A stretch of DNA of 64,000 nt from Desulfobacter sp. (GTDB lineage: Bacteria; Desulfobacterota; Desulfobacteria; Desulfobacterales; Desulfobacteraceae): NCBI GenBank assembly GCA_028768525.1, contig CP054837.1, positions 1,391,622-1,455,621 of the forward strand. The letters run 5' to 3'. A program made the position numbers and the translations under genes. Every line of letters begins with the position of its first letter. The first letter of the stretch is position 1. Positions 9,582-18,300 of this stretch are shown here, piece after piece. The notes under the pieces are model-generated. The model worked only from the letters and a program-made list of their open reading frames with translations. It had not been told where the DNA came from and ran no database searches.

Positions 9582-9619
9582 AAAAGACTCCTTAAATACA
9601 CCAATTTAAGGAGTCTTTT
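9582..9619 (+). terminator. Intrinsic terminator whose right arm contains the RBS of the next gene
   Basis: Perfect 16-bp inverted repeat AAAAGACTCCTTAAAT / ATTTAAGGAGTCTTTT with a 6-nt loop and U-tract. Confidence 0.8.
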
Positions 9620-9621
9620 GT

Positions 9622-10338
9622 ATGTACGGTCACCCCTCTGCAGTCAAGCCCTCCCCCCGGCACTTGTCCACGGGCAGGGTTCCTTTTTGGCTGAGGCAGA
9701 AATCCCTGATATCCGTATCTGCCCATACCCTCCGTCCGGGCGGTCTCACCCTCACCCGGCGGGCTGTGGAAGTCTGTGATTTCAAGCCCGGGGACAGGAT
9801 CCTTGATGTGGGATGCGGCTACGGCATGACACTGACCTATCTGCTTGAACACCACGGAATCCGGGGAACAGGCATAGACCCCGATCCCGGAATTATCCCG
9901 GGCATGGGCCAGGCCCCCGCGCCCCGGCACCCCGGCCCGGCCCCCGCCGTTCTCAGGGGCGCCCTGCCCTCACTGCCTTTCTTGCCCGAAACCTGGACCG
10001 GAATCTTTTGCGAATGCGTACTCTCCCTCTCCCCTGACCCGGCGGCCTGGCTCTCTGAATGCCATCGTCTCCTGGCGCCCAACGGCAAACTGGTGCTCAC
10101 GGATCTCTACATTAGAAAATGGTCGCCGCAGCGCTGTAAGGCGCCCGGGCCGGATGACGGGGAAGGCGCCTGTGCCGCCGGCGCCCGTACGCTCATGGAA
10201 ATGATGACGGACATTGAAAAAACCGGATTCAAAATCGATATTCTTGAAGACCATACCGGCCTGCTCTCCCAGCTGGGCACCCCCAGCGTGAATAACAAAA
10301 CCGGATATTGCATGATACTTGCCGGGAAATACCATTAA
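9622..10338 (+). CDS. Class I SAM-dependent methyltransferase (DVU_1556-like)
   Basis: LRPGGLTLT, ILDVGCGYG, FCECVLS and GKLVLTDLY motifs; TAAGGAG 8 nt before ATG. Confidence 0.8.
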   Translation: MYGHPSAVKPSPRHLSTGRVPFWLRQKSLISVSAHTLRPGGLTLTRRAVEVCDFKPGDRILDVGCGYGMTLTYLLEHHGIRGTGIDPDPGIIPGMGQAPAPRHPGPAPAVLRGALPSLPFLPETWTGIFCECVLSLSPDPAAWLSECHRLLAPNGKLVLTDLYIRKWSPQRCKAPGPDDGEGACAAGARTLMEMMTDIEKTGFKIDILEDHTGLLSQLGTPSVNNKTGYCMILAGKYH

Positions 10339-10378
10339 CCCCGGTAACCCCGCCCGTATCAGGCAGCAGGAACATCCA

Positions 10379-12529
10379 TTATTTCAGGGCCCGGAAGGCC
10401 TCAACATCGGCGGCCAGCCTTTCCCTCAAGGGCGTGGGCGCACTGCAGGCGGCAAGGACATACTCCGCCGTATTGAGAATGCTCTTCCACCGGGGCCGTG
10501 CAGGCAGGGACTCCAGGGAAAGGTATTTATCAAGGGTCTGGGTCCTGACCCATCCGTCCTTTTCGATGTATACATTCCACAGCCCGGATTTTTCTGCCAT
10601 TTCCGCCTTGGAAGTTCCGGTGGAAACCGACCAGTACTCAATGGACCGGTTCATGATATGAACGGCCAGGGACCGCTTGTCAGCTGTTGCAGACGGCCCC
10701 GGGGAAGGAAGCCGGTTTAAAAGCCGGTCAATGGATTTCAGGGTACCCTCCCCCCGGCCCGGCACCGCCAAATGATCCAACAGCGCCTCAAACTTCATCA
10801 TCCGTTCCCGGTTCAGATTCAGCCGTTCAATGAAGGATGCCGATGGCAGGTCCCCCTCTCCGCCGTTCATCCCACCGGCGGGTTTCAACACCATAAGGCG
10901 GAAGGCCTCCTCTTCCAGGTCCAATGGGGATATCACAACATCCACGGACACAGGGGCCCGGTCCGGCAGATGGATCTCGATGCCGCTGAGGCTGGAGGCA
11001 GGGGAGGACAGGCAGGGAACCAGAGGTGCAAGGCATGGGATCTCCTTGAATGAGGAAAGGGCGGCTGTCCCCAGAATCCGGTCCGCCGACTGCCCGGTAA
11101 AGGTCTCAAATGCCCTGTTGACAACCCCGATTTCCCCAGCCCCGTTCACGCCGATCAGGGCGTCATCCACCCGGTCGAGCATGGATGAGAGCCGCCGCTG
11201 CATCAGCCGCAACTCCAATTCGCGCTTTTCCCGCCGCCGAAGTTTCAGGGTCAGGGCATCGACTGCGGCAAAAGCCGTTGAAAACCGCAGGGTGATGACA
11301 AAGGAATGAAACAGGATGAAAATCAGAATCCCAAGGGGCACCAGCCGGGTGGTATCCAGGATATGAAGGTCAGAAAGCACGTCATTGACCGCAGTAAGGG
11401 CAAGAATCAAATATCCGGGAAAGAGAAAACGGGCTGTTTTTTCCCCCTGCATCCACCGTTTGACCAGCCGGGCAAAGACGTAGAGCATTGCACTGAGAGT
11501 CACCGGCATGAAGCCCAGGACCACAGGATCGTAGGCTTTTGTACCGGGTGTCGCAAGAAGATATAAGACAAACACCCCGCCAAGGCCGCCGTAGCATTTG
11601 TTTATTACTGGGGCATAAGGTTCCGGAAACATCCTGTGAAAAAACATGACCAGCAGCGGGGCGGCCAGCCCAAAAGGCAGAAGGGTCATGTCAATGGAAA
11701 GCCGCCAGGGAAGTCCTGGAAAAAGATAGGCCATGAGGCATCCGCCGTTCACCCCGAATAAGGTCTGGACGGCCAAGAGGAGGGCATAGGCGCCGAATAT
11801 CATCGAAATCTGCTCCTGACGGCGCACCAGGTAAATCAGGATGTGGTAGATGCCGATGATCATCAGGCCGGCCCCAAGCACGCCGGCAGTAATCCACTGC
11901 CGGTCCGCCATTCGCCGGATCCCGGATTCGGTTCCCAGCCACACCGGCGTATTAATGCCGCCCTGGGAATTATGGAAATTGGAAACCTGGATCAGAATGT
12001 CCAGCACCCCGTTGTCCGGCGGCGGAAAGCATAAGGCCAGGGCGTGTTCAACAGGCTGTTCGCTCTTTTTGTCGGCGCCGGGCATTCCCCTGGACACCAG
12101 AAGACGGCCGTTTACAAACACCTGCCCTGCTGAAAGAATATCGTTGATGAACAGGCCGCCGACACCTTTTCCGTCAAGGCCGGTCACACGCAGCCCATAG
12201 GTGGCAAAGCCGGTTTTTCCACCCGGCCCGCCGGGGGTATGTTTCCACAACCCGGGCACCGGGTAGTATGCCCGGGCCGCCGCCGGTGTGTCCGGGGCAA
12301 CCCTTTCGGGCCCCATAAATTTTCCCCAGTAAAAGGCCCAGTCACCGTCAAGGCGGACCGGCCCCTCTGCTTCAAAATCCCATTTTTGCAGATCCAACTG
12401 CCCCTTTTCAGCCCGGGGCAGGAGGGCAGCGGAACGGCAGCCGGTGGCCCCAGCAAGGGCCAGCAAGATAGCCATACACAAAAAGACTGCCCGAAAAGGG
12501 CCTGATGTTCTAAGGATACCGGGATTCAT
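10379..12529 (-). CDS. 7TM-DISM membrane sensor with PAS and a probable ChiS-family DNA-binding domain
   Basis: Periplasmic DISM-type domain (LDGDWAFYW...GFATYGL), seven hydrophobic helices, PAS (VNGAGEIGVVNRAFETFTG), C-terminal RTQTLDKYLS..LPARPRW; no HisKA, HATPase or GGDEF motif. Confidence 0.7.
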   Translation of the reverse strand: MNPGILRTSGPFRAVFLCMAILLALAGATGCRSAALLPRAEKGQLDLQKWDFEAEGPVRLDGDWAFYWGKFMGPERVAPDTPAAARAYYPVPGLWKHTPGGPGGKTGFATYGLRVTGLDGKGVGGLFINDILSAGQVFVNGRLLVSRGMPGADKKSEQPVEHALALCFPPPDNGVLDILIQVSNFHNSQGGINTPVWLGTESGIRRMADRQWITAGVLGAGLMIIGIYHILIYLVRRQEQISMIFGAYALLLAVQTLFGVNGGCLMAYLFPGLPWRLSIDMTLLPFGLAAPLLVMFFHRMFPEPYAPVINKCYGGLGGVFVLYLLATPGTKAYDPVVLGFMPVTLSAMLYVFARLVKRWMQGEKTARFLFPGYLILALTAVNDVLSDLHILDTTRLVPLGILIFILFHSFVITLRFSTAFAAVDALTLKLRRREKRELELRLMQRRLSSMLDRVDDALIGVNGAGEIGVVNRAFETFTGQSADRILGTAALSSFKEIPCLAPLVPCLSSPASSLSGIEIHLPDRAPVSVDVVISPLDLEEEAFRLMVLKPAGGMNGGEGDLPSASFIERLNLNRERMMKFEALLDHLAVPGRGEGTLKSIDRLLNRLPSPGPSATADKRSLAVHIMNRSIEYWSVSTGTSKAEMAEKSGLWNVYIEKDGWVRTQTLDKYLSLESLPARPRWKSILNTAEYVLAACSAPTPLRERLAADVEAFRALK

Positions 12530-12818
12530 GTTCAGCTCAGCAAAGTTTCCATCTCGGTTTTACAATTTCAACAGCACATGCACGGCAACTGCATTACCCT
12601 CTGGGTTATTTTTTGTCAAGGATACACGAACCTGCATACCGATCCCCATGCAAACGGCAACTTCCGGGTCTTGGCAGTGAGGGCCCGCCGTTCAAGGCCG
12701 GGATCTTGCCTCTCTTTCAGCCCCCTAATTAAAGGAAAAAACTTGCCAAATATCCCGGAGTAAGTTTATTCTCCAATATCTTTATTTTGCACGGTGCAGT
12801 TTAACCGAATCAACGGAA

Positions 12819-13562
12819 TTGAATCAACAAGGTTCAAAAGTGAAATCATCCCTTATAATCATAATATGCCTGCTATGCTGCACAACGGCATCCCGCGCCA
12901 ATGGCCTCATGGAATTATCAAGTCTCAAAGATCCGGTTTCAGAAGTGTCCGAAAGAATTTTAACACAGGCATATAAGCGAATCGGCATCACCCTTAAAAT
13001 ACGAAAATTCCCTGCAGAAAGGGCTTTGCTCGCATCAAACGCCGGCAGCACCGACGGAGAGGTGAACCGGATACGGGGAATCGATAAAAAATATGCCAAT
13101 CTGATCATGATCCCCACACCAGTCAACTATTTTGAAGGCGTCGTATTTACAAAAAATTTACCCTTCACCCTAAACGGATGGGACAGCCTCAGACCCTACA
13201 GGATTGTAATGCGAATCGGAAGTAAGTTCGCTGAAAAAAATACCCAAGATATGACCACCATCAAAGTGCCGACCTATGGCATGGCGTTTCACCTGCTGGA
13301 CATAAACAGGGCTGATATTTGTTTAGCATCCCGTTTGACCGGGCTGTTACAGATAAAGAAACTTCATTTAATGGGTGTAAAGGCCATGGAACAGCCGTTA
13401 GTAAAAAGCCAATTGTATCATTATGTACACAAAAAGAATAAAAATATTATACCGAAAATCAATGCGTCGCTGATTAAAATGCACCAGGAGGGATTAATAG
13501 AAAAAATCAGGGCCCAATACATAGAGGCAATCACAACCATAGGCGGTGCTGTGAAATCATAA
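12819..13562 (+). CDS. Orphan periplasmic solute-binding protein (family 3-like)
   Basis: Signal peptide; PAERAL..SNAGSTDGEVNR and LYHYVHKKN motifs; TTG start is uncertain. Confidence 0.75.
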   Translation: MNQQGSKVKSSLIIIICLLCCTTASRANGLMELSSLKDPVSEVSERILTQAYKRIGITLKIRKFPAERALLASNAGSTDGEVNRIRGIDKKYANLIMIPTPVNYFEGVVFTKNLPFTLNGWDSLRPYRIVMRIGSKFAEKNTQDMTTIKVPTYGMAFHLLDINRADICLASRLTGLLQIKKLHLMGVKAMEQPLVKSQLYHYVHKKNKNIIPKINASLIKMHQEGLIEKIRAQYIEAITTIGGAVKS

Positions 13563-13729
13563 GTCTTTGGTTAGGTCCCCCCTTTCCTGTGGCACCGATA
13601 TTCAGATGAATTGACCCCATGCGAAATTTTCACCGTTGACACAACCGCCCCACCTTGGATATACAAAGGCGAATTCCATGCACGACTAAGAGACCTACAT
13701 TTATAAACTAAAATTCTTCAGGACCGGCC

Positions 13730-15190
13730 ATGAAGCCTATGACGATTTTCACCCGCCTGGTCATCGGAAATATTATTATCCTGGTGCTGATCCTGGGCAT
13801 GGGTGCCCTGGTATCCTACGACCTGATGCGCCTCCAGTCACTCAACCGCGATATCCTTGGGCGGCAGCAGGAAAGCCTGGCCGGGACAGAACAGATTGAA
13901 GAAAATTTCCAGCGCCTGGTGAGCTTTGATGAAAAATTCTTCGTCACCCGGGACCGGGATTATTTTAACCGGTTCAACCAGCAAAAGATACTGGTGGACA
14001 ACGCATTCAAGACCCTCTATCCCTTTTTGGAAACCATTGGGCAGAAATCAGGCTTTGACCGCACTGTGAATTCATTCCAGGCCTATCTGGCCTGGTTCAC
14101 CGCCAATGCAAAACCGGTGACAGAGGATACGGTGCCGGAGTTCGACACCCTTTCCCGCCAGCGCGGCCCAATGAAGGTCAGGGTACTCACCGGCCTCATG
14201 GCCATGGAGGCGGCAACCCGCAGCCTGGTGACCCGAAAAACCGAACGCTCAGGCGAAATGACCCGGCAGATATTCTTTATCACGGTAGTGACCACGCTTC
14301 TGACCGTATTCACAGGAATGATGATCACCCTGATCAACACCCGGTCCGTCCGCAATGCCGTGGGCCGGCTCCAGGTACAGACCCGGGACATCTCCCGGGG
14401 CCGGTTCGAAGAAATCAAAAACATCCAGGGGCCCAAAGAGATTCAGGATCTGGCCGACCATTTCAACCTGATGTGCCGGCGCCTCAGTGAACTGGATGAA
14501 CTCAAGGCAGATTTCATCAACCATGTCTCCCATGAGCTGCGGACCCCCATGACTTCAATCAAAGAGGCGGCCGTGATGCTTTCAAAAGGGTATTACGCAA
14601 ATCAGCCCCAAAAGCAGTCCCAGCTCTTTGAACTGATCAACGGAGAATGCGCAAGGCTGCTCAACTCCGTCATGCGCCTCCTTGATTTTTCAAAAATGGA
14701 AGCCGGAAAAATGGAATACCGCAAGGATCCTGTCCAACTGCCGGATGTGCTAAGAAAATCCATATTACGGCTGGCCCCCCTGGCGCAGAAAAAAAAAATT
14801 TCCCTGGAATTCGAACCGCCCCGGTCTGACCTTCCCCGGATCTGCGGGGATGAGGACAGGATGATTGAGGTGATGGACAATCTGATCGGCAACGGATTAA
14901 AGTTCACCCCCGAAGGCGGCACCGTCACAGTGGACTGCAGACTTGAGGGACAGGGGGATATTCTAAAGGTCAGGGTGACAGACGACGGCCCCGGAATTGC
15001 CCTTGATCATCTTGAAAAGATTTTCTATAAATTCAACCAGATTGACTGCGACCAGAACACTCGGATGGGGACCGGACTGGGACTGTCAATATCAAAATAC
15101 ATCATCAGTGCACACGGAGGAGACATATGGGCAGAAAATGTGGAAGCAGGCGGCACCCGGGTTTCGTTTACCTTGCCTGCATCATCCTGA
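13730..15190 (+). CDS. HAMP-domain sensor histidine kinase (GlrK/QseE-like)
   Basis: Two TM helices, HAMP, SHELRTPMTSI H-box, NLIGNGLKF, DDGPGI and GTGLGL. Confidence 0.92.
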   Translation: MKPMTIFTRLVIGNIIILVLILGMGALVSYDLMRLQSLNRDILGRQQESLAGTEQIEENFQRLVSFDEKFFVTRDRDYFNRFNQQKILVDNAFKTLYPFLETIGQKSGFDRTVNSFQAYLAWFTANAKPVTEDTVPEFDTLSRQRGPMKVRVLTGLMAMEAATRSLVTRKTERSGEMTRQIFFITVVTTLLTVFTGMMITLINTRSVRNAVGRLQVQTRDISRGRFEEIKNIQGPKEIQDLADHFNLMCRRLSELDELKADFINHVSHELRTPMTSIKEAAVMLSKGYYANQPQKQSQLFELINGECARLLNSVMRLLDFSKMEAGKMEYRKDPVQLPDVLRKSILRLAPLAQKKKISLEFEPPRSDLPRICGDEDRMIEVMDNLIGNGLKFTPEGGTVTVDCRLEGQGDILKVRVTDDGPGIALDHLEKIFYKFNQIDCDQNTRMGTGLGLSISKYIISAHGGDIWAENVEAGGTRVSFTLPASS

Positions 15191-15636
15191 CGGGGACACT
15201 GGTATCGGGCTGTGCCCTGAAGGCGACCTTCAAGAGCGCTCCCTCCCCCGATCAGATGCGCCTGAACCGCCACCTGGTCGATTACGAGACCCAGATTCAG
15301 GATAAAGCGTTCCAAGAGGCCGCCCGGACAAACAGCCTGATGCTCAAACTGGTTCAAAGCCGGGAAGGCGAGCGGTCAGCTGCCGAATCCCAGGAAATTA
15401 TACTGCTTCGCACCGGGAGGGCCCTTTTAAACCAGATCTTATCCGACCAGGCCAGAAAGGCGGATCTTGCGGCCCGGGCCGATAAAACAACCCAGCTATT
15501 GACGACAGAGGCGGATGCCGTAAAAGCCCTTGAAACTGAAATCAAACGGCTGAAAGCGGCCGTCCGCAGTCTCGAACAACAGAACAACGGCCTGGAAAAA
15601 CAGCTGGAACGAATGAAACAGATTGACCTCAAATAA
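15127..15636 (+). CDS. Coiled-coil lipoprotein (QseG/YfhG-like position)
   Basis: GGAGGAG RBS; lipobox LVSG-C; heptad-rich C-terminus ending LKQ-like QLERMKQID. Confidence 0.7.
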   Translation: MGRKCGSRRHPGFVYLACIILTGTLVSGCALKATFKSAPSPDQMRLNRHLVDYETQIQDKAFQEAARTNSLMLKLVQSREGERSAAESQEIILLRTGRALLNQILSDQARKADLAARADKTTQLLTTEADAVKALETEIKRLKAAVRSLEQQNNGLEKQLERMKQIDLK

Positions 15637-15646
15637 AGGAGCGGCC

Positions 15647-16999
15647 ATGGGCACCATACTTGTCGCAGACGATGACCCGGGCATACTGGGCATACTGAAA
15701 ATGAGGCTTGAACTGGAGGACTACAAGGTTATTGCAGTGGAAACCGCGACGGCCGCCCTCACTGCGGTGGAAACCCATACCCTGGAACTGGCCATCATTG
15801 ATCTGCAACTGGGCAATGAAAACGGCATCCAACTCATGAAACAGGTAAAAAAAATCCGGCCCGACCTGCCCGTTATCATCCTCACCGCCCACGGCACCAT
15901 TAAGAATGCGGTGGAGGCGATTCAAAAGGGGGCCTATACCTACCTGACAAAACCATTTGACGACGGAGAACTGATCCACCACGTCCAGCTGGGATGCGAA
16001 AAGAACAGGCTCACCGAAGAAATCAACGCGCTAAAGCAAATGCTCCAGAGCAAATTCGGCTTTGACAATATCATTGCAAAAGATGAAAAAATGATTGCCG
16101 TTCTCAAATCGGTGATCCAGGCCTCCCAGATCGACTCCACCATCCTCCTCCAGGGGGAAAGCGGCACGGGAAAAGAACTCATGGCCAAATCCATCCACGT
16201 GGCCAGCGCAAGGAGGGATGCGCCCTTCATTGCCGTAAACTGTGCCGCCATTCCCGAAGCCCTCTTTGAAAGCGAATTGTTCGGGGTGAAAAAAGGGGCA
16301 TTCACCGGGGCGGATAAAGATAAAATTGGATTTCTTGAAAAGGCGGAAAACGGCAGTTTTTTTTTCGATGAGATTTCGGAAATCCCCATCTCCACCCAGG
16401 CCAAGCTGCTCAGGGCACTCCAGGAAAATGAATTCTATCCCCTGGGCGGCAATGAGAAAATCAAACTCAAGGCAAGGATCATCGCCGCAACCAACACCAA
16501 CCTGGAAGAAGAGGTCAAAAAAAACCGGTTCCGACAGGATCTTTATTACCGGATCCGGGTGATCCCCATCACCCTGCCCCCGTTAAGGGAGCGACGCGCC
16601 TGTATTCCGCTGCTGACCCATTGTTTTCTGGCGCAGTTCAGCCGGGAAATGAACAGGAACGTTACCCGGTTTTCAGAAGCGGCCATGACAAAGCTGTGCC
16701 AGGCCCCGTGGCCGGGAAATATCCGGGAGCTTAAAAATGTGGTGGAGTATTGTGTGGCCATGTCCCAGACCAAAACCATTCCCGAGGAACTGGTACTCAT
16801 GGGCGAAGAGCCTCCCCGGACCGATCTGAAGCCCTTTAAGGAGGCCAAGCGGGATTTTGAAAAAAAATACATCATCGAGCTGCTGACCCTGACCTCAGGC
16901 AATGTGAGCCAGGCCGCAAAAATGGCCGGCAAATACCGGGCGGATTTCTACGAGCAGATGAAAAAATGCGACCTCAATGCTGAAGACTTCAGGGGATGA
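15647..16999 (+). CDS. Sigma54-dependent response regulator (GlrR/QseF-like)
   Basis: Receiver domain, GESGTGKE, GAFTGA, WPGNIREL; C-terminal GNVSQAAKMAGKYRADFY; AAGGAG RBS before ATG 15647. Confidence 0.92.
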   Translation: MGTILVADDDPGILGILKMRLELEDYKVIAVETATAALTAVETHTLELAIIDLQLGNENGIQLMKQVKKIRPDLPVIILTAHGTIKNAVEAIQKGAYTYLTKPFDDGELIHHVQLGCEKNRLTEEINALKQMLQSKFGFDNIIAKDEKMIAVLKSVIQASQIDSTILLQGESGTGKELMAKSIHVASARRDAPFIAVNCAAIPEALFESELFGVKKGAFTGADKDKIGFLEKAENGSFFFDEISEIPISTQAKLLRALQENEFYPLGGNEKIKLKARIIAATNTNLEEEVKKNRFRQDLYYRIRVIPITLPPLRERRACIPLLTHCFLAQFSREMNRNVTRFSEAAMTKLCQAPWPGNIRELKNVVEYCVAMSQTKTIPEELVLMGEEPPRTDLKPFKEAKRDFEKKYIIELLTLTSGNVSQAAKMAGKYRADFYEQMKKCDLNAEDFRG

Positions 17000-17031
17000 G
17001 GCCGTCCGATGGCCGCCGGCCGGTGACGTTC

Positions 17032-18300
17032 TCAGGCCAGATGGTCCACCGCCCGGTATGCCGAGGCGATGGAAATTCCTGATCCTGATTTTTCCCGTTT
17101 CCAGTCCTGGTGGGCCAGGATGGAACCGGCGGCATAGAGTTTGGGATGGAAGACCTTGCCGCCCCGGCCCAGGGGCCTGAAGCATTCATCGGTTTCAAGG
17201 CCGGACCGGTTCACCCCATGACCCTTTGGATTGAAAAAATCACGGCGGAACCATTCTCTCCGGTCCCTGGGCTGGGTGACAGGCAGATCAAAGAGCATTT
17301 CCCTGATATTTCCTGACGCATTGACCCCGAGCCCCCGGCCCATGAACCGGCCTGTGGCCAGTATCAGGTTTTCGGCCCGGACCTCCCGGACAGCAATCCC
17401 TTCGCTCACCTCAAAACTGAATCCTGCTTCCCCATGGGTAATATCTTTTACCATCACCGGATAATGGCGGACCTTACTTGCCGGCAGCTGCCCGAGAAAA
17501 GCCTCTTTGGTACGCATGCCCGTAACGGACGGTGCCAGGGTGGGGATTTCAAATACGGTTTTGCCCAGGGCCTTCTCGATCTTGTTTTTCAGTTCCTCAA
17601 ACCGGTAAATGCCCAGAATGGCCGGCAGGCCCACGGTATCATAACCGGCAGTATGGGGCCGGAGCACCCCGATAAACCGGGAAAGGATATCCGGGGTTTC
17701 AAGGTCCCAGGTCAGGCGCTCGCACATGAGGTCCCCTGCGGTCTCCCGGCCCGGGAATTCCACGGTGACACTGCCCATGCAGGGGTGGTGTTTTTTCAAA
17801 CTCTGGGCCATCTGCCTGGCGCCGAACCCTTTGAGGCCCCGGATGTCCACAATGAGAATTTTCTTTTTTTCCGCCAGGGCCCGGGTGCCGGCATACATGG
17901 CTGAGGGGACGCACCAGGTGGACTTGAGGGTGCCTGCCGGGGTGATGATTTTCTGGTTGGTTTCAGGGGTGCAATGGTATTGGATGCCGGACGTATTCAT
18001 GAATCCGGTAAACTCTTCAAAGCCCTGGACAATATCCTCCCGGCCCACTTTGGCATAGGGATGATCGGGCTGCAATTTCGTCAGGGCCGCAATTCCCTCA
18101 AAAGGGTTGTCAAAGGCCGGCATATCCGAACCGGGGATCCGTGAAAAAAGATCCAGGCAGCCGCTGGAAAAAGAGATTTCAGAGGCCTTGCCCACGCATA
18201 CCACGGAAAGCCCCCGGTTGGCGGCGAAAATGGCGGCGGCCATGCCGGCCATGCCGGCACCGATGACGGCGACATTACAATTAACTGGCTTATTCATCAT
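17032..18300 (-). CDS. glpB: Anaerobic glycerol-3-phosphate dehydrogenase subunit B
   Basis: GAGMAG, SSGCLDL, TPAGTLKST, FEIPTLAPSVTGMR, LATGRF, AAGSIL and SGSGISI motifs. Confidence 0.9.
   Translation of the reverse strand: MMNKPVNCNVAVIGAGMAGMAAAIFAANRGLSVVCVGKASEISFSSGCLDLFSRIPGSDMPAFDNPFEGIAALTKLQPDHPYAKVGREDIVQGFEEFTGFMNTSGIQYHCTPETNQKIITPAGTLKSTWCVPSAMYAGTRALAEKKKILIVDIRGLKGFGARQMAQSLKKHHPCMGSVTVEFPGRETAGDLMCERLTWDLETPDILSRFIGVLRPHTAGYDTVGLPAILGIYRFEELKNKIEKALGKTVFEIPTLAPSVTGMRTKEAFLGQLPASKVRHYPVMVKDITHGEAGFSFEVSEGIAVREVRAENLILATGRFMGRGLGVNASGNIREMLFDLPVTQPRDRREWFRRDFFNPKGHGVNRSGLETDECFRPLGRGGKVFHPKLYAAGSILAHQDWKREKSGSGISIASAYRAVDHLA

Noticed and set aside
12650-12692. GCAAA...CGGGTCT hairpin resembling a c-di-GMP-I riboswitch
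   Set aside because: The GNRA-capped first stem and the GACGCAAA junction are missing; an Rfam scan would settle it
13590-13605. TGGCACCGATATTCAG as a sigma54 promoter upstream of the kinase
   Set aside because: The invariant -12 GC is replaced by CA; a TTGACA-N18-TATACA promoter nearby is more plausible
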